64,000 nucleotides of DNA from Ostrea edulis. Lineage: Eukaryota. The position numbers were made by a program, and so were the translations under genes. Each line of letters begins with the position of its first letter. The stretch's first letter is position 1. The stretch covers positions 91,140,001-91,204,000 of the forward strand of contig NC_079167.1 in NCBI RefSeq assembly GCF_947568905.1, given 5' to 3'. The notes under the pieces are model-generated. The model saw only the letters and a program-made list of their open reading frames with translations. It made no database searches and was not told where the DNA came from. Below, piece by piece: positions 38,355 through 49,982 of this stretch.

Positions 38355-38558
38355 TTTGAAGGGGACTTGGTCCTTCATTTGAACAATTTGATTTCCTTTT
38401 ACCCAAGGATGATTTATACCAAGTTTGATTAAAATTGGCCCAGTGGTTCGAGAGAAGAATATGAAAATGGGAAAAGTGAAAGACAATGACGAAGACAGAC
38501 GCAGGACAAATTTCGATCATAAAAACCCACTCGAGTCGTTTGCTAAGGTGAGCTAAAA
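38355..38558. mobile_element. HINE/Helentron right end
   Basis: ttcatttgaacaa..acccaaggatg..ccaagtttgatt..aattggcccagtggtt..cactcgagtcgtttgctaaggtgagctaaaa. Confidence 0.6.
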
Positions 38559-38829
38559 GAGAAGCGCAGCGATAACATGAAATTTGAATTGTTGATGTAA
38601 AATTTCTAAATCATGCAAATTCTCATCTGAAAGTCTACTCAATACAGTATACAAACCAAAATAATAAGTATTATTGAAGGCCAAACTGTTTTATCATCTG
38701 CTTAAGGTATGTTAATCATCCTGCACACATTGCAAATTCTTAAAACGAGGTTAACACAAGTATCCATGCTGCTTTACCAGCAAAAAGAAAGTAATCCTAA
38801 TAATGAACAATTGAATCCTCCCCTGGCTG

Positions 38830-39500
38830 TTGCTTCAAATCCACTCCAATGCAGAGGGAAACTTCTCAAATAAATTGTAGTATACCGAATGCCTTATTGC
38901 GAGACACTTGTTCACGAGATAGAAACCCCAGCCACTTGATGTTAAAACTCTGCATGATGTAGGTAGCAACTAAAGTATGTACTTTAAATCTATCCCTAAT
39001 AAAAGTCCCTTTACCAAATGAACTTAACATTCTCACTGTATCATCCAAAGAAGAATAACTTGCATTACAGTACCTCAGATCAATATAAGAGTCCACTGTA
39101 GATGCCAGCGTTAGTCGGGGATGGTAAATGATGATCCATTGGATGAGCCGAAAATTCACACTGGAGATTAATATCATGACATCTAATGACAGATCCAACT
39201 ACTCTCTCTAACGAAAATCCCTTTCATATTTTCCTTATCACATCATCTTCGTTTCCCCGATCTGACTGTAAATTTGGAAAAGATGGTAGCTACTTGTTGA
39301 CCTTAAACCTGAGGTACTAGTAAACCTTCTTGACAAACATTCTACAACTTCTTTGTCAGGATTTTTTTGTAGACACCAAGTCTGCCTGCGAAAATCGGAT
39401 TGGGACCCACCCAGTCCCTGTACATCGAGATTGGTTGGACACGCGTGTTTTAGGTTTAATGTGTTTGTTCTTCCCGAGATAAACTGTTTCCTATAAGAAG
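38830..39500 (-). mobile_element. DIRS/Ngaro-like retroelement RT remnant
   Basis: Decayed FPNLQ..FRLIQ..HP..STVDSYID..C..SYSS.DD.V.ML...GKG...D.K..LLP..FEKF.SALEWI, the pattern of YR-retrotransposon RTs. Confidence 0.65.
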
Positions 39501-40239
39501 ATGCGTACTTTTATCCTACCAGATCGTTACCCTTCGACATACTAGTACGACCAGCGGGCATGACAAAAACAGGATGGGTGGGGTCCATTAGAACTTAAAT
39601 ATTTGTGAACGGGAGACTCTTACAAGACAGCCCCTGTTACTCTGATCATAGTATTTCAACTAACAGCCTGTCTGAAAAGTTTTGGGATTTTGATAAGTGT
39701 TAAGAAACACACATAAGCTATAGTGTCTGATTAAGTGAACCCCAGGAGGCACTTGGGTTTTTATACATCATCATCGTAAAACGGTCATCGTAATTTTTTT
39801 TTCTACTCGTACCACCAAATCTACTAGCCCCCAAGGACACTCTGCAGATGAAAAACCGAAATATTTTTGGGGAGGGGGTGATAAACAGATACATAATTGA
39901 GACAACTTGTAAGAAATACATCAGTCTATAACTGAATGTTGCCTATTCTAACTGTAGATTTCTTGGGCTTGCGACAATGATACCATTAGACAGTGTCGAT
40001 TTATTTATTTTTATCATCAACCGGCCGGGTCGGGTTTGAAAGTAAATGACTGAAATCTATAAATTCTTCCTATTTTTTTTTTAAATTCCCAATATCATTT
40101 AATTGTGCTTTACTGCATCATGCACATTGCATTCATACAAATGATTGTGCGCAAATCATTCCATTAACGTATACGTGAGACTGCAATGCTAAACTAAGAT
40201 GTCCGTGTCGTTGGGAAACTTGTTACCGCTATTGAGAAA

Positions 40240-41960
40240 CGTGGGGCTGTATGATTGGTTCTGGTAAATATGACAGTTCCCGTGGGGCTGGATGATGGCT
40301 TCCGGTAGATATAACAGTTCCCGTGGGGCTGGATGATGGGTTCTGGTAAATATGACAGTTCTCGTGGGGCTGGATGATGGGTTCCGGTAAATATGACAGT
40401 TCTCGTGGGGCTGGATGAAGGGTTACAGTAAATATGACGGTTCTCGTGGGACTGGATGATGGGTTACAGTAAATATGACAGTTCTCGTGGGGCTGGATGA
40501 TAGGTTCCGGTAAATATGACAGTTCTCGTGGGACTGGATGATGGGTTACAGTAAATATGACAGTTCTCGTGGGACTGGATGATGGGTTACAGTAAATATG
40601 ACACTTCTCTTGGTACTGGATGATGGGTTCCGGTAAATATGACAGTTCTCGTGGAGCTGGATGATGGGTTCCGGTAAAATGACAGTTCTCGTGGGGCTGG
40701 ATGATGGGTTCCGGTAAATATGACAGTTCTCGTGGAGCTGGATGATGGGTTCCGGTAAAATGACAGTTCTCGTGGGGCTGGATGATGGGTTCCGGTAAAT
40801 ATGACAGTTCTCGTGGGGCTGGATGATGGGTTCCGGTAAATATGACAGTTCTCGTGGGACTGGATGATGGGTTACAGTAAATATGACAGTTCTCGTGGGA
40901 CTGGATGATGGGTTACAGTAAATATGACAGTTCTCGTGGGACTGGATGATGGGTTACAGTAAATATGACAGTTCTCGTGGGACTGGATGATGGGTTACAG
41001 TAAATATGACACTTCTCTTGGTACTGGATGATGGGTTCCGGTAAATATGACAGTTCTCGTGGAGCTGGATGATGGGTTCCGGTAAATATGACAGTTCTCG
41101 TGGGGCTGGATGATGGGTTCCGGTAAATATGACAGTTCTCGTGGGGCTGGATGATGGGTTCCGGTAAATATGACAGTTCTCGTGGGACTGGATGATGGGT
41201 TACAGTAAATATGACAGTTCTCGTGGGACTGGATGATGGGTTACAGTAAATATGACACTTCTCTTGGTACTGGATGATGGGTTCCGGTAAATATGACAGT
41301 TCTCGTGGAGCTGGATGATGGGTTCCGGTAAAATGACAGTTCTCGTGGGGCTGGATGATGGGTTCCGGTAAATATGACAGTTCTCGTGGGGCTGGATGAT
41401 GGGTTCCGGTAAATATGACAGTTCTCGTGGGACTGGATGATGGGTTACAGTAAATATGACAGTTCTCGTGGGACTGGATGATGGGTTACAGTAAATATGA
41501 CAGTTCTCGTGGGACTGGATGATGGGTTACAGTAAATATGACACTTCTCTTGGTACTGGATGAAGGGTTACAGTAAATATGACAGTTCTCGTGGGACTGG
41601 ATGATGGGTTCCGGTAAATATGAGTTCTCGTGGGACTGGATGATGGGTTACAGTAAATATGACAGTTCTCGTGGGACTGGATGATGGGTTACAGTAAATA
41701 TGACAGTTCTCGTGGGACTGGATGATGGGTTACAGTAAATATGACAGTTCTCGTGGGACTGGATGATGGGTTACAGTAAATATGACACTTCTCTTGGTAC
41801 TGGATGAAGGGTTACATTAAATATGACAGTTCTCGTGGGACTGGATGATGGGTTACAGTAAATATGACACTTCTCTTGGTACTGGATGAAGGGTTACAGT
41901 AAATATGACAGTTCTCGTGGGACTGGATGATGGATTACAGTAAATACATGTATGACAGTT
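40240..41960. repeat. 41-bp satellite, ~42 copies, several variants
   Basis: Unit gggtt(a/c)c(a/g)gtaaatatgacagttctcgtggg(a/g)ctggatgat. Confidence 0.97.
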
Positions 41961-42011
41961 GGTAGAACTTATCCCTTCGAATGCTTCCTCAGAAAAGGAT
42001 CCAGTAGATGC

Positions 42012-43003
42012 ATAGCTGGGATTAGTAGTGGTGTTGTAGTGGGAGATATAGTTAATATGGATACAGAGCTGGGATTAGTAGTGGTGTTGTAGTGGGAGAC
42101 ATAGTTAATGTGGATACAGAGCTGGGATTAGTAGTGGTGTTGTAGTGGGAGACATAGTTAATGTGGATACAGAGCTGGGATTAGTAGTGGTGTTGTAGTG
42201 GGAGATATAGTTAATATGGATACAGAGCTGGGATTAGTAGTGGTGTTGTAGTGGGAGACATAGTTAATATGGATACAGAGCTGGGATTAGTAGTGGTGTT
42301 GTAGTGGGAGACATAGTTAATGTGGATATAGAGCTGGGATTAGTAGTGGTGTTGTAGTGGGAGACATAGTTAATGTGGATATAGAGCTGGGATTAGTAGT
42401 GGTGTTGTAGTGGGAGACATAGTTAATGTGGATATAGAGCTGGGATTAGTAGTGGTGTTGTAGTGGGAGACATAGTTAATGTGGATATAGAGCTGGGATT
42501 AGTAGTGGTGTTGTAGTGGGAGACATAGTTAATGTGGATATAGAGCTGGGATTAGTAGTGGTGTTGTAGTGGGAGACATAGTTAATGTGGATATAGAGCT
42601 GGGATTAGTAGTGGTGTTGTAGTGGGAGACATAGTTAATGTGGATATAGAGCTGGGATTAGTAGTGGTGTTGTAGTGGGAGACATAGTTAATGTGGATAT
42701 AGAGTAGGGATTAGTAGTGGTGTTGTAGTGGGAGACATAGTTAATGTGGATATAGAGTAGGGATTAGTAGTGGTGTTGTAGTGGGAGACATAGTTAATGT
42801 GGATATAGAGCTGGGATTAGTAGGAGTGTTGTAGTGGGAGATATAGTTAATGTGGATACAGAGCTGGGATTAGTAGGGGTGTTGTAGTGGGATATAACGT
42901 TAATGTGGATACAGAGCTGGGATTAGTAGTGGTGTTGTAGTGGGAGATATAGTTAATGTGGATATAGAGCTGGGATTAGTAGGGGTGTTGTTGTGGGAAC
43001 TCC
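42012..43003. repeat. 53-bp G-rich satellite, ~19 copies
   Basis: Unit agagctgggattagtagtggtgttgtagtgggagacatagttaatgtggata(t/c). Confidence 0.97.
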
Positions 43004-43319
43004 AGTAGAATCAACGCATGTATAACCCGTCTGCACGTGAACCTAAATATTTTGGGGGATATATTTCTATTGATGCATTTATTTTATTTGGGGTGTATTT
43101 GTTTAGTGGAAGAAACGTACTGTGACAGATAGTTGTCACTATTACCTAGAATAAGATGAGATTATGACAGCAGACTGAGAGACGGACTGAGAGAGCGACC
43201 ATACGGACGCTATAAGGAAAATCAATTTGCTACCGATTCAATCGTGTAAAAAATCCATAGACAAAAATTTCATTAAAGTCCCAAACTATGGGGAAATTGA
43301 CCAATAAAACACGTAAATT

Positions 43320-45312
43320 AAAATGGATGAAAAAGCGAAGGTAGCGAACAGCGATCAGTCTCATAATGAATAATTATTAAGAGTAAGGTGAAGATAATAA
43401 ACAGTGATCAATTTCATAACTCCTATAAGGAATTCAAAATAGAGAATTGGGAAAACACGGACCCCTGGATATACCAGAGGTAGGATTTAAGTGCTTAGGA
43501 CGTGTAAGCATCCTCTGTTGACTGGTCACATCCGCCGAAATGCTTACTTTAAACAAAACTGTTGAACCCCTGTAGCATCAACTTGTTTATCAGTAGCCTG
43601 CCTCGATTTAAAATCTGAATATACGCAGAGCAAGCTCTTGCACATCGAATCAGTTGAGAAACATAAACGCCGTATGCATGCGATAATGGAATATTGCTAG
43701 ATAAGTATAGGGAGCTTAAATCATTCCGTTTGTCGTATAAAAGTTGAGTTGTTAGTTTGCCGGTAATATCCATTTTCAATAAAATATCTAAGTATGAAGC
43801 TTTAAGCAGATGTGGAGGACTCACCAGTGTCTTTCATTTCGAGTTCATAGGGATGAAAGGTGAAGAAAACGAACAGAGATCAATCTCATAACTCCCACAA
43901 GCAATACAAAATAGATAATTGGGAAAACACAGACCTCAACACACTAGAGGTGGGATCAGGAGTAAACATCCCCTGTCGACCGGTCACACCCGCCATGAGC
44001 CCTATATCCTGATCAGGTAAACGGAGGTATCCGTTGTCAACATCCGTGTGCCAAGAACGGCCTAACAATCGGTATGAAACACATCAGACAGCATTTGACC
44101 CAATGATATGTTGTATTGACGAACTAGATCGTTGCAACGCCCAAAGAATTTGCGAAATGCTGACTTCCATCGACACTGTTGAAACTTCTGTACCATCAAC
44201 TTGTTTGTCAGTAGTTTGTCTCGATTTAAAAAACTGACCAAGCTCTTGCATATCGAATCAGTTGAGATATATAAACACCATATGCAGGGGATAGTGGAAT
44301 ATTGCTATATAAAAATGGGAAGTTGATATAGAATCGACAAATTAATAAAAAACGATTTTTGTTATAAGATGAAACGTCGTCAACATATCTAAATGTCGAG
44401 TTGAAGGACACAGGTAGAGGCTTTTGAATAAACTCTGCTTCATAAGAATATAGAAACAGGTAAGCTAACAAAGGAGCACAGTTCGTGTCCATGGGAATTC
44501 CAACAGACTGTTGGATCACTAAAAACCACGAATATATTATCAATGAGGAACTCTAGCATATTCTTTTTTATTTCAACTTTGTTTAACAAAGTAATGTTTT
44601 GGATGACTGATTACTAGATATGAATATTTCCGTTTTTGTTGAAGAAGGATGATGATATGATGTCAAAAAGTCTAGTCTTTAATTTATCGTGAGGAATGGT
44701 CGTGTAAACTGTTGAAAAGTCATACGTGTCGATGTTGTTGATTTGCGAAAAGTTTTGTGATTTCAACTTTACTAAAGTTCTTCAATTTTTTTTTAGAATC
44801 CACATTTGATTTGCACCACTTCTGGCATATGTTGTAGCACAGTACGTTTGATGTTTCTCCTTCACAGCTGTTAATATTTTCGTGAGGAGCAAAGATGGGG
44901 GCTTAGTAGAGCACTTACTGGATCCAGCAATGCATCTTTGTAAGCGTTTTTGTGAAGTTTAGGAATCCAGTATAGGTACGGTAACTCATATGCATCCATC
45001 CCATTGACTAGGTTATTAAATGTGTCTAAAACTGAAGCAAGATTTTGAAGAATTTCATCTTTTGAAGGGGCAGCTGTGGTATAAGTAGGATTACCAAATG
45101 TGGAATTAATTTCAAGTTCGTTTAAAACACAGTTGTGATAATGAGCCTTACAAACAAAGACACGGATCTCTGCACACACCAGAGGTGGAATCAGATGTCT
45201 AAGAGGATTAAGCATTCCTTGTTGACTAGACACACCTGCTATGAGCCCTTTATCTTTATCAGTTAAACCGAGTAATCTGTAGTCAAAATCAGTTTGTAAA
45301 GAACGGCCTAAC
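43320..45312 (-). mobile_element. Cluster of at least 3 nested Naiad-type PLE fragments
   Basis: RT pieces (PYLYWIPKLHK, TFDFxTLYTTIPH, QQSVGIPM.TNCAPLLA.LFLYSYEAEFIQ, FRYVDDV, AYGVYISQLIRYARA) and repeated tails. Confidence 0.88.
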
Positions 45313-45317
45313 AATGT

Positions 45318-45605
45318 TTGGTTGTTTGTTTTACGTCCTGTTGAGAATTTTTCACTTGTATCAAGACGTCACCAGTTGTAGGTGAAGTATCACAAATTTA
45401 GACCCACCGGTATGCTTAGAGCTTACGGTCGTAACAGTGAGGGTTCTTTAACGTGCCAACGCCTACCGTGACACGGGAACTCCGTTTATACCGTCATACC
45501 CGAAAGACGTTATTTTCACTTCTAACTGCCGAGCGTTTGGCGAAGGAGTAATCACTCCTTTTTTACATCTTAGGTTTGACGCGGCCATGGCACGAGCTGG
45601 GCTTC
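45318..45605 (-). mobile_element. tRNA SINE lacking most of its head
   Basis: Colinear with 16331-16671 (gcggccatggcacgagc..., aaacaaacaacc tail). Confidence 0.8.
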
Positions 45606-45912
45606 TATACAGTGGAAATGAAACATGTCAGATAATATTCGACCTAACGACAGATTGTATTTGTAAATAAAATCATTTTAACGACCAAAGATAAATTCTT
45701 ACAGTATAGAATAATCTTGAAAATACAACTTTTTACTTATCTGTGAAAATTCTGGCTCACTTAATAAACTGGGAAATGCTATCCCCAGTAACACAACACC
45801 TGGATATGACAAATTAGGAAATGTTAAGTAACGCTATCCCAGTAACACAGCAATACTGCTTCGCTAGAGAGCTAGCTTTTCTAGTGATGTGGTAGAGTGT
45901 CTCTCTTTATTA

Positions 45913-45962
45913 CGCAAGTTAAGCAACGGCGAGCGTGATCAGTACTTGGCTGGGTGACCGCT
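45913..45962 (+). pseudogene. 5S rRNA-derived fragment (internal control region)
   Basis: aagttaagcaacggcgagcgtgatcagtacttggctgggtgaccgc versus remembered invertebrate 5S AAGTTAAGCAACGTCGAGCCCGGTTAGTACTTGGATGGGTGACCGC: about 6 mismatches over ~46 nt. Confidence 0.8.
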
Positions 45963-46146
45963 ACACGAGCGTGATCAGCACTTGGCTGGGTGACCGCTAC
46001 ACGAGCGTGATCAGCACTTGGCTGGGTGACCGCTACACGAGCGTGATCAGCACTTGGCTGGGTGACCGCTACACGAGCGTGATCAGCACTTGGCTGGGTG
46101 ACCGCTACACGAGCGTGATCAGCACTTGGCTGGGTGACCGCTACAC
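45931..46146 (+). repeat. 36-bp tandem repeat x6 derived from 5S rRNA
   Basis: Unit gagcgtgatcagYacttggctgggtgaccgctacac. Confidence 0.95.
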
Positions 46147-46249
46147 GTTACACTACTATTATTTCTGTCGTAATTCCCAGACGTTAAAATAAATGAACTA
46201 TATTTGTTCACAACTGCAGCGCGTTCATCATGGTCGATCGATTATATAT

Positions 46250-46495
46250 AGTTTAACGTCCCGCTCGATAATTCTTCACTCAGATAGAGACGTCATCATA
46301 ATACATTGTCGGTGAAGGGCTACAAAATTTAGATCTATGCTCAGCGTTTTCGGTCTTTCAGCAGGGAGGGGTCTCTATCGTGCCACACCTGCTGTGATAC
46401 GGGGTCTCGATTTTTGCGGTCTCATCCAAAGGATTACCTCATTTAGTCGCCTCTGACGACAAACAAAGGGTACTGAGGACCTATTCTAACCCGGA
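46250..46495 (-). mobile_element. SINE-like element, family 1
   Basis: Minus strand reads gtccgggttagaataggtcctcagtaccc..gtcgtcagaggcgactaaat..ggatgagaccgcaaaa..gggacgttaaac. Confidence 0.8.
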
Positions 46496-46779
46496 CCCCC
46501 CCCCCCCCCCCCTCGAGAAAATGACTATCATTAAAAGTTATAAAGATATCAGAGGCAAAAATATTGGAAATTTTAATCTCATCTCAAATTAATCAAATTG
46601 TAGTTGTTCACAATTGTCTGAAAACAGGGTTTGCTTCATCTGGAGTTTGTAAACACTAAACAGATCGTTGAAATGATGACGTCCATGGCGCAATATTTTA
46701 TCTCCTGGAATTGAAGAGTTACTGTTAAATATTACTAATATATAGTATTTCCACATATCTACTTCTGTATCGCTAATTT

Positions 46780-47990
46780 AAACAACAGTCAGAAGACGCT
46801 CGCCGGGAAGTATGACTATACAGTCTGCTTAACATATCCCCTTTAGTTCAAGAGGTTGATGTTTTTGAAAAATATATTAAAGTCCAAGGTCACAAGGTCA
46901 AGGGTTTTTATACTATATCAAAGACCTAGTCACGAGACATCTGAATATGAAATATCAAATCCCTATCCCATGGCTTCAAAAGATATAGCAAAGGTTAATG
47001 TTGTTTGAAAAGTAGGTCAAAGTCCCTGGTAAATAGTTCTGGTTCCAAAAACAATGTCTTGTATTGAGGTATCTACATTTGAAACACTAAAGTCCTATCA
47101 CACTTGGATCAAAAGATAAAACCACGTTTTTTGAAAAGTAGGTCAAAATTCAGGCAAAGGTCATTAGGTCAATATCTTGGTACTAAAACAAAGGTTTCTT
47201 CATGAGGCATCTAAATGTGAAATAGCAAAGCCTTATCCCTATTAATTCAAAAGCTATAGCCCAGGTAAATGTTTTTAAAAGGTAGGGTAAAGTCCAAAGT
47301 GAAGGTCACAAGGTCCAAAGTTTTGGTACCAAACGAAAAGTATCTTCATTAGGCATATAAATGTGAAATATCAAAACCCTATTCCTCTTGGTTCAAAATA
47401 TATAGCCCAGGTTAAAGTTTTTTTTTTAAAAGTAGATCAAAGTTCATAGTAAAGGTCACTAGGTCAAAAGTATTGGTATCAAAAGAAAGGTATCTTCATG
47501 AAGCATCTATACATGAAATATCATAGTCATATCCCTATAACGTATGAGTGGCATATAAAAATACACAATCAATCATATCCCCATTGATTCAAACGATATC
47601 ATCCAGGTTTAATTTTTATTGAAAAAGTAGGTCAAAGTCCAAGGTCATAAGTCTTGGTACCAAAACGAAGGTCTCTTCATGAGGTATTCATATATGAAAT
47701 ATCAGAACCCTATCCCCTGGTTCAACAGATATATAGCTCAGGTTAAAGTTTTTGAATAGTAGGTCAAAGTCCACAGTAAAGATCACTAGGTCAAAAGTAT
47801 TGGTACCAAAAGAAAGGTATTTTCCTGAGGCATCTACATGTATATGTAAACATCAAAACCCTTATCTCCCTTAGTTCAAAAGATATAGCCCAGGTTAAAG
47901 TTATTTCCTTAAAGTGTGACGCCGAAACCGGGGTCATACTAATAGCCTTTCGGACAGTAGAAACTACTGTCCGAAGAGCTATTATTATGC
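46780..47990. mobile_element. HINE/Helentron-like element carrying ~6 tandem ~165-bp satellite units
   Basis: Units aaagtaggtcaaagtcc..aaggtcac..ggtaccaaa..catctaaatgtgaaatatcaaa.ccctat..ttcaaaagatatagcc. Subterminal IR agtatgac (46809) / gtcatact (47933). 12-bp-stem hairpin ttcggacagtag-aaa-ctactgtccgaa (47949-47975). Confidence 0.75.
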
Positions 47991-49024
47991 CCCAAGCCAA
48001 AAACAGTCTTTAGAAACTCTTCAATTTCGGGAGATAAAATATTGCGCCATGAAAGTCATCATTTCAACGGAAAATTTAGTGGTAGTTTTATTGAGGAATT
48101 TACATACCAAGACGTGAAGTAATGCAGGATTAATAGTGTTAAAGAGTTGGTTTAATAGTCAAATCACTTATTGGAAGCGAGTGGCAATGTCACCTAGGTG
48201 CACATTAAAATTGCTAAAACCGTCCGTAGCTGAATGTAAATTTCCAGACATGAATTATGAAGGACTGCTCCGAGATTCGGCGAAGGCGTCATTCCAAGTA
48301 TCCAGCCGAGCCGAATCTCAGCCATGTTTAGGGTGTGGTTTGTCCAATTCGAAATGGCGACGGTCGCAACGTTTCATTATTTAAATGCTCCACACTTTGA
48401 ACATATTTTATTTGAAATATTTTTTATGAATATCACTTACAGGTTAACCACTATTGATACTGCTCGACTTTAAATTCCGTGTAACGCTGTGGGGAAAATG
48501 CAGTGATGATATACGTACCAATGTTTAGTTTTCTGATACATCTTTTTCGGGTCCCTAATTTAAATGAAAACCAATCGATGCATGTAGTATTATGTAGATA
48601 CATAAGATCAAGATGAGGTGGCAAAGGATATTTTCTACTTAAGAGTATCCGTCAATTTTTTTTTTATGAGATGCAGTGTGTTTGAAGGTCGTTATGTGTT
48701 ACAGAATTACTAAAATGATTTTATTGATGAATAGTCAGAGAGCAATCTCCCGTTGAAGAAAATATGATGCGAGTCTCGTACATGTAAGACATGAGGGTCA
48801 GAAGTCCAATGCGAAACTTAAAGTTAGCTATAAGGCTTCAAACATTGTAAAACAATTCACATACAGAATGCATTAAAAATAGATAATTGACAGCGCTCTT
48901 TCGGGAAAGGAGGCGCGCGAGACTTACAAGGACTATTGTCCCTTTGTTTACTAGTGTTACTGTATTACTGTTAGGTTTCAGTGTATTTTATCTTTACGCT
49001 TAAGTTGTATAGTGTAGGCTTTAG

Positions 49025-49170
49025 GTAACCAGTCGACAGGAGATGCTTACTCCTCCTAGGCACCTGATCCCACCTGTGGTGTGTCCAGGGGTCCGTGTTT
49101 GTCCAACTCTCGATTTTGTAGTGCTTATAGGAGTTATGAGACTGATCGCAGTTCGTTATCCTTTCATATA
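49025..49170 (+). mobile_element. Naiad tail fragment
   Basis: gtcgacaggagatgcttactcctcctaggcacctgatcccacc...ggagttatgaga. Confidence 0.8.
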
Positions 49171-49982
49171 TTTACTATTTGTCATTTTTAATACAACACG
49201 AAGAACCGACTAGACCTGCCTACACATCAGTGGGTGACATTGAATTTACTTTGAATATTACAACACTACATCTTTCATAACTTTCTGTTTTTTGACGTTA
49301 GCTATCCTAATCAAACATTAGGCAGTCTGCAAAATCAATTATTTTCCTAGCGGTCATTACCTTTTCGTGGTTTAATAAAAATAAACATGTGTGTGCGGAC
49401 TTGACTTCTTGGTTGAGGTATTTTTTGTGTTTATTGTAGTTCAGTTTCTGATATTTGTGAAGATTTAAATTCGTGGGTATGACTGCATCACAATAACAGC
49501 GAAAACATCCCTCCCCCGAAAATTAGTATTGTACAGTATTTCACATGCGTAACGTTTACAAAATTACATATTTTAGCATTTATTTCTTTGATAAAATTTC
49601 TATATATAAAAAAATTATATGTAAAATAGAAAAAAAGAAAAGAAAAGTATAAGTATGGGGGGGGGGGGGGATCCTATCACATGCTAAACAACATTTTCAC
49701 AGTAAAAAATATGCTGACTTGGATTATTATGATCACATATATAAGAACATTTGTCCTTCGACACTCTTAAAGCACTCGTCAGTCGATATATAAATTTTAT
49801 CATACTGATACATACACTGCAAGTTTTTATCCTAGTGATCAAACTACTACATATAGTGTAAAATATAATTTGCACCATTGAGTTATTCAACTTAACATCA
49901 CTGCAAGACAATAGACATTGTAATAATTGAATTCTGGAGAGATGGAATAGTAAAAATTGATTGTAAGAAGCACGACACATCG

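Noticed and set aside
40240-43003. CRISPR-like appearance of regularly spaced repeats (also 60056-60955 and 62241-64000)
   Set aside because: Units are head-to-tail with no unique spacers, there are no cas genes, and the context is eukaryotic; these are minisatellites.
42012-43003. Mucin-like coding repeat (PTTTP on minus) or telomeric repeat
   Set aside because: The 53-bp unit is not a multiple of three and there are no TTAGGG runs.
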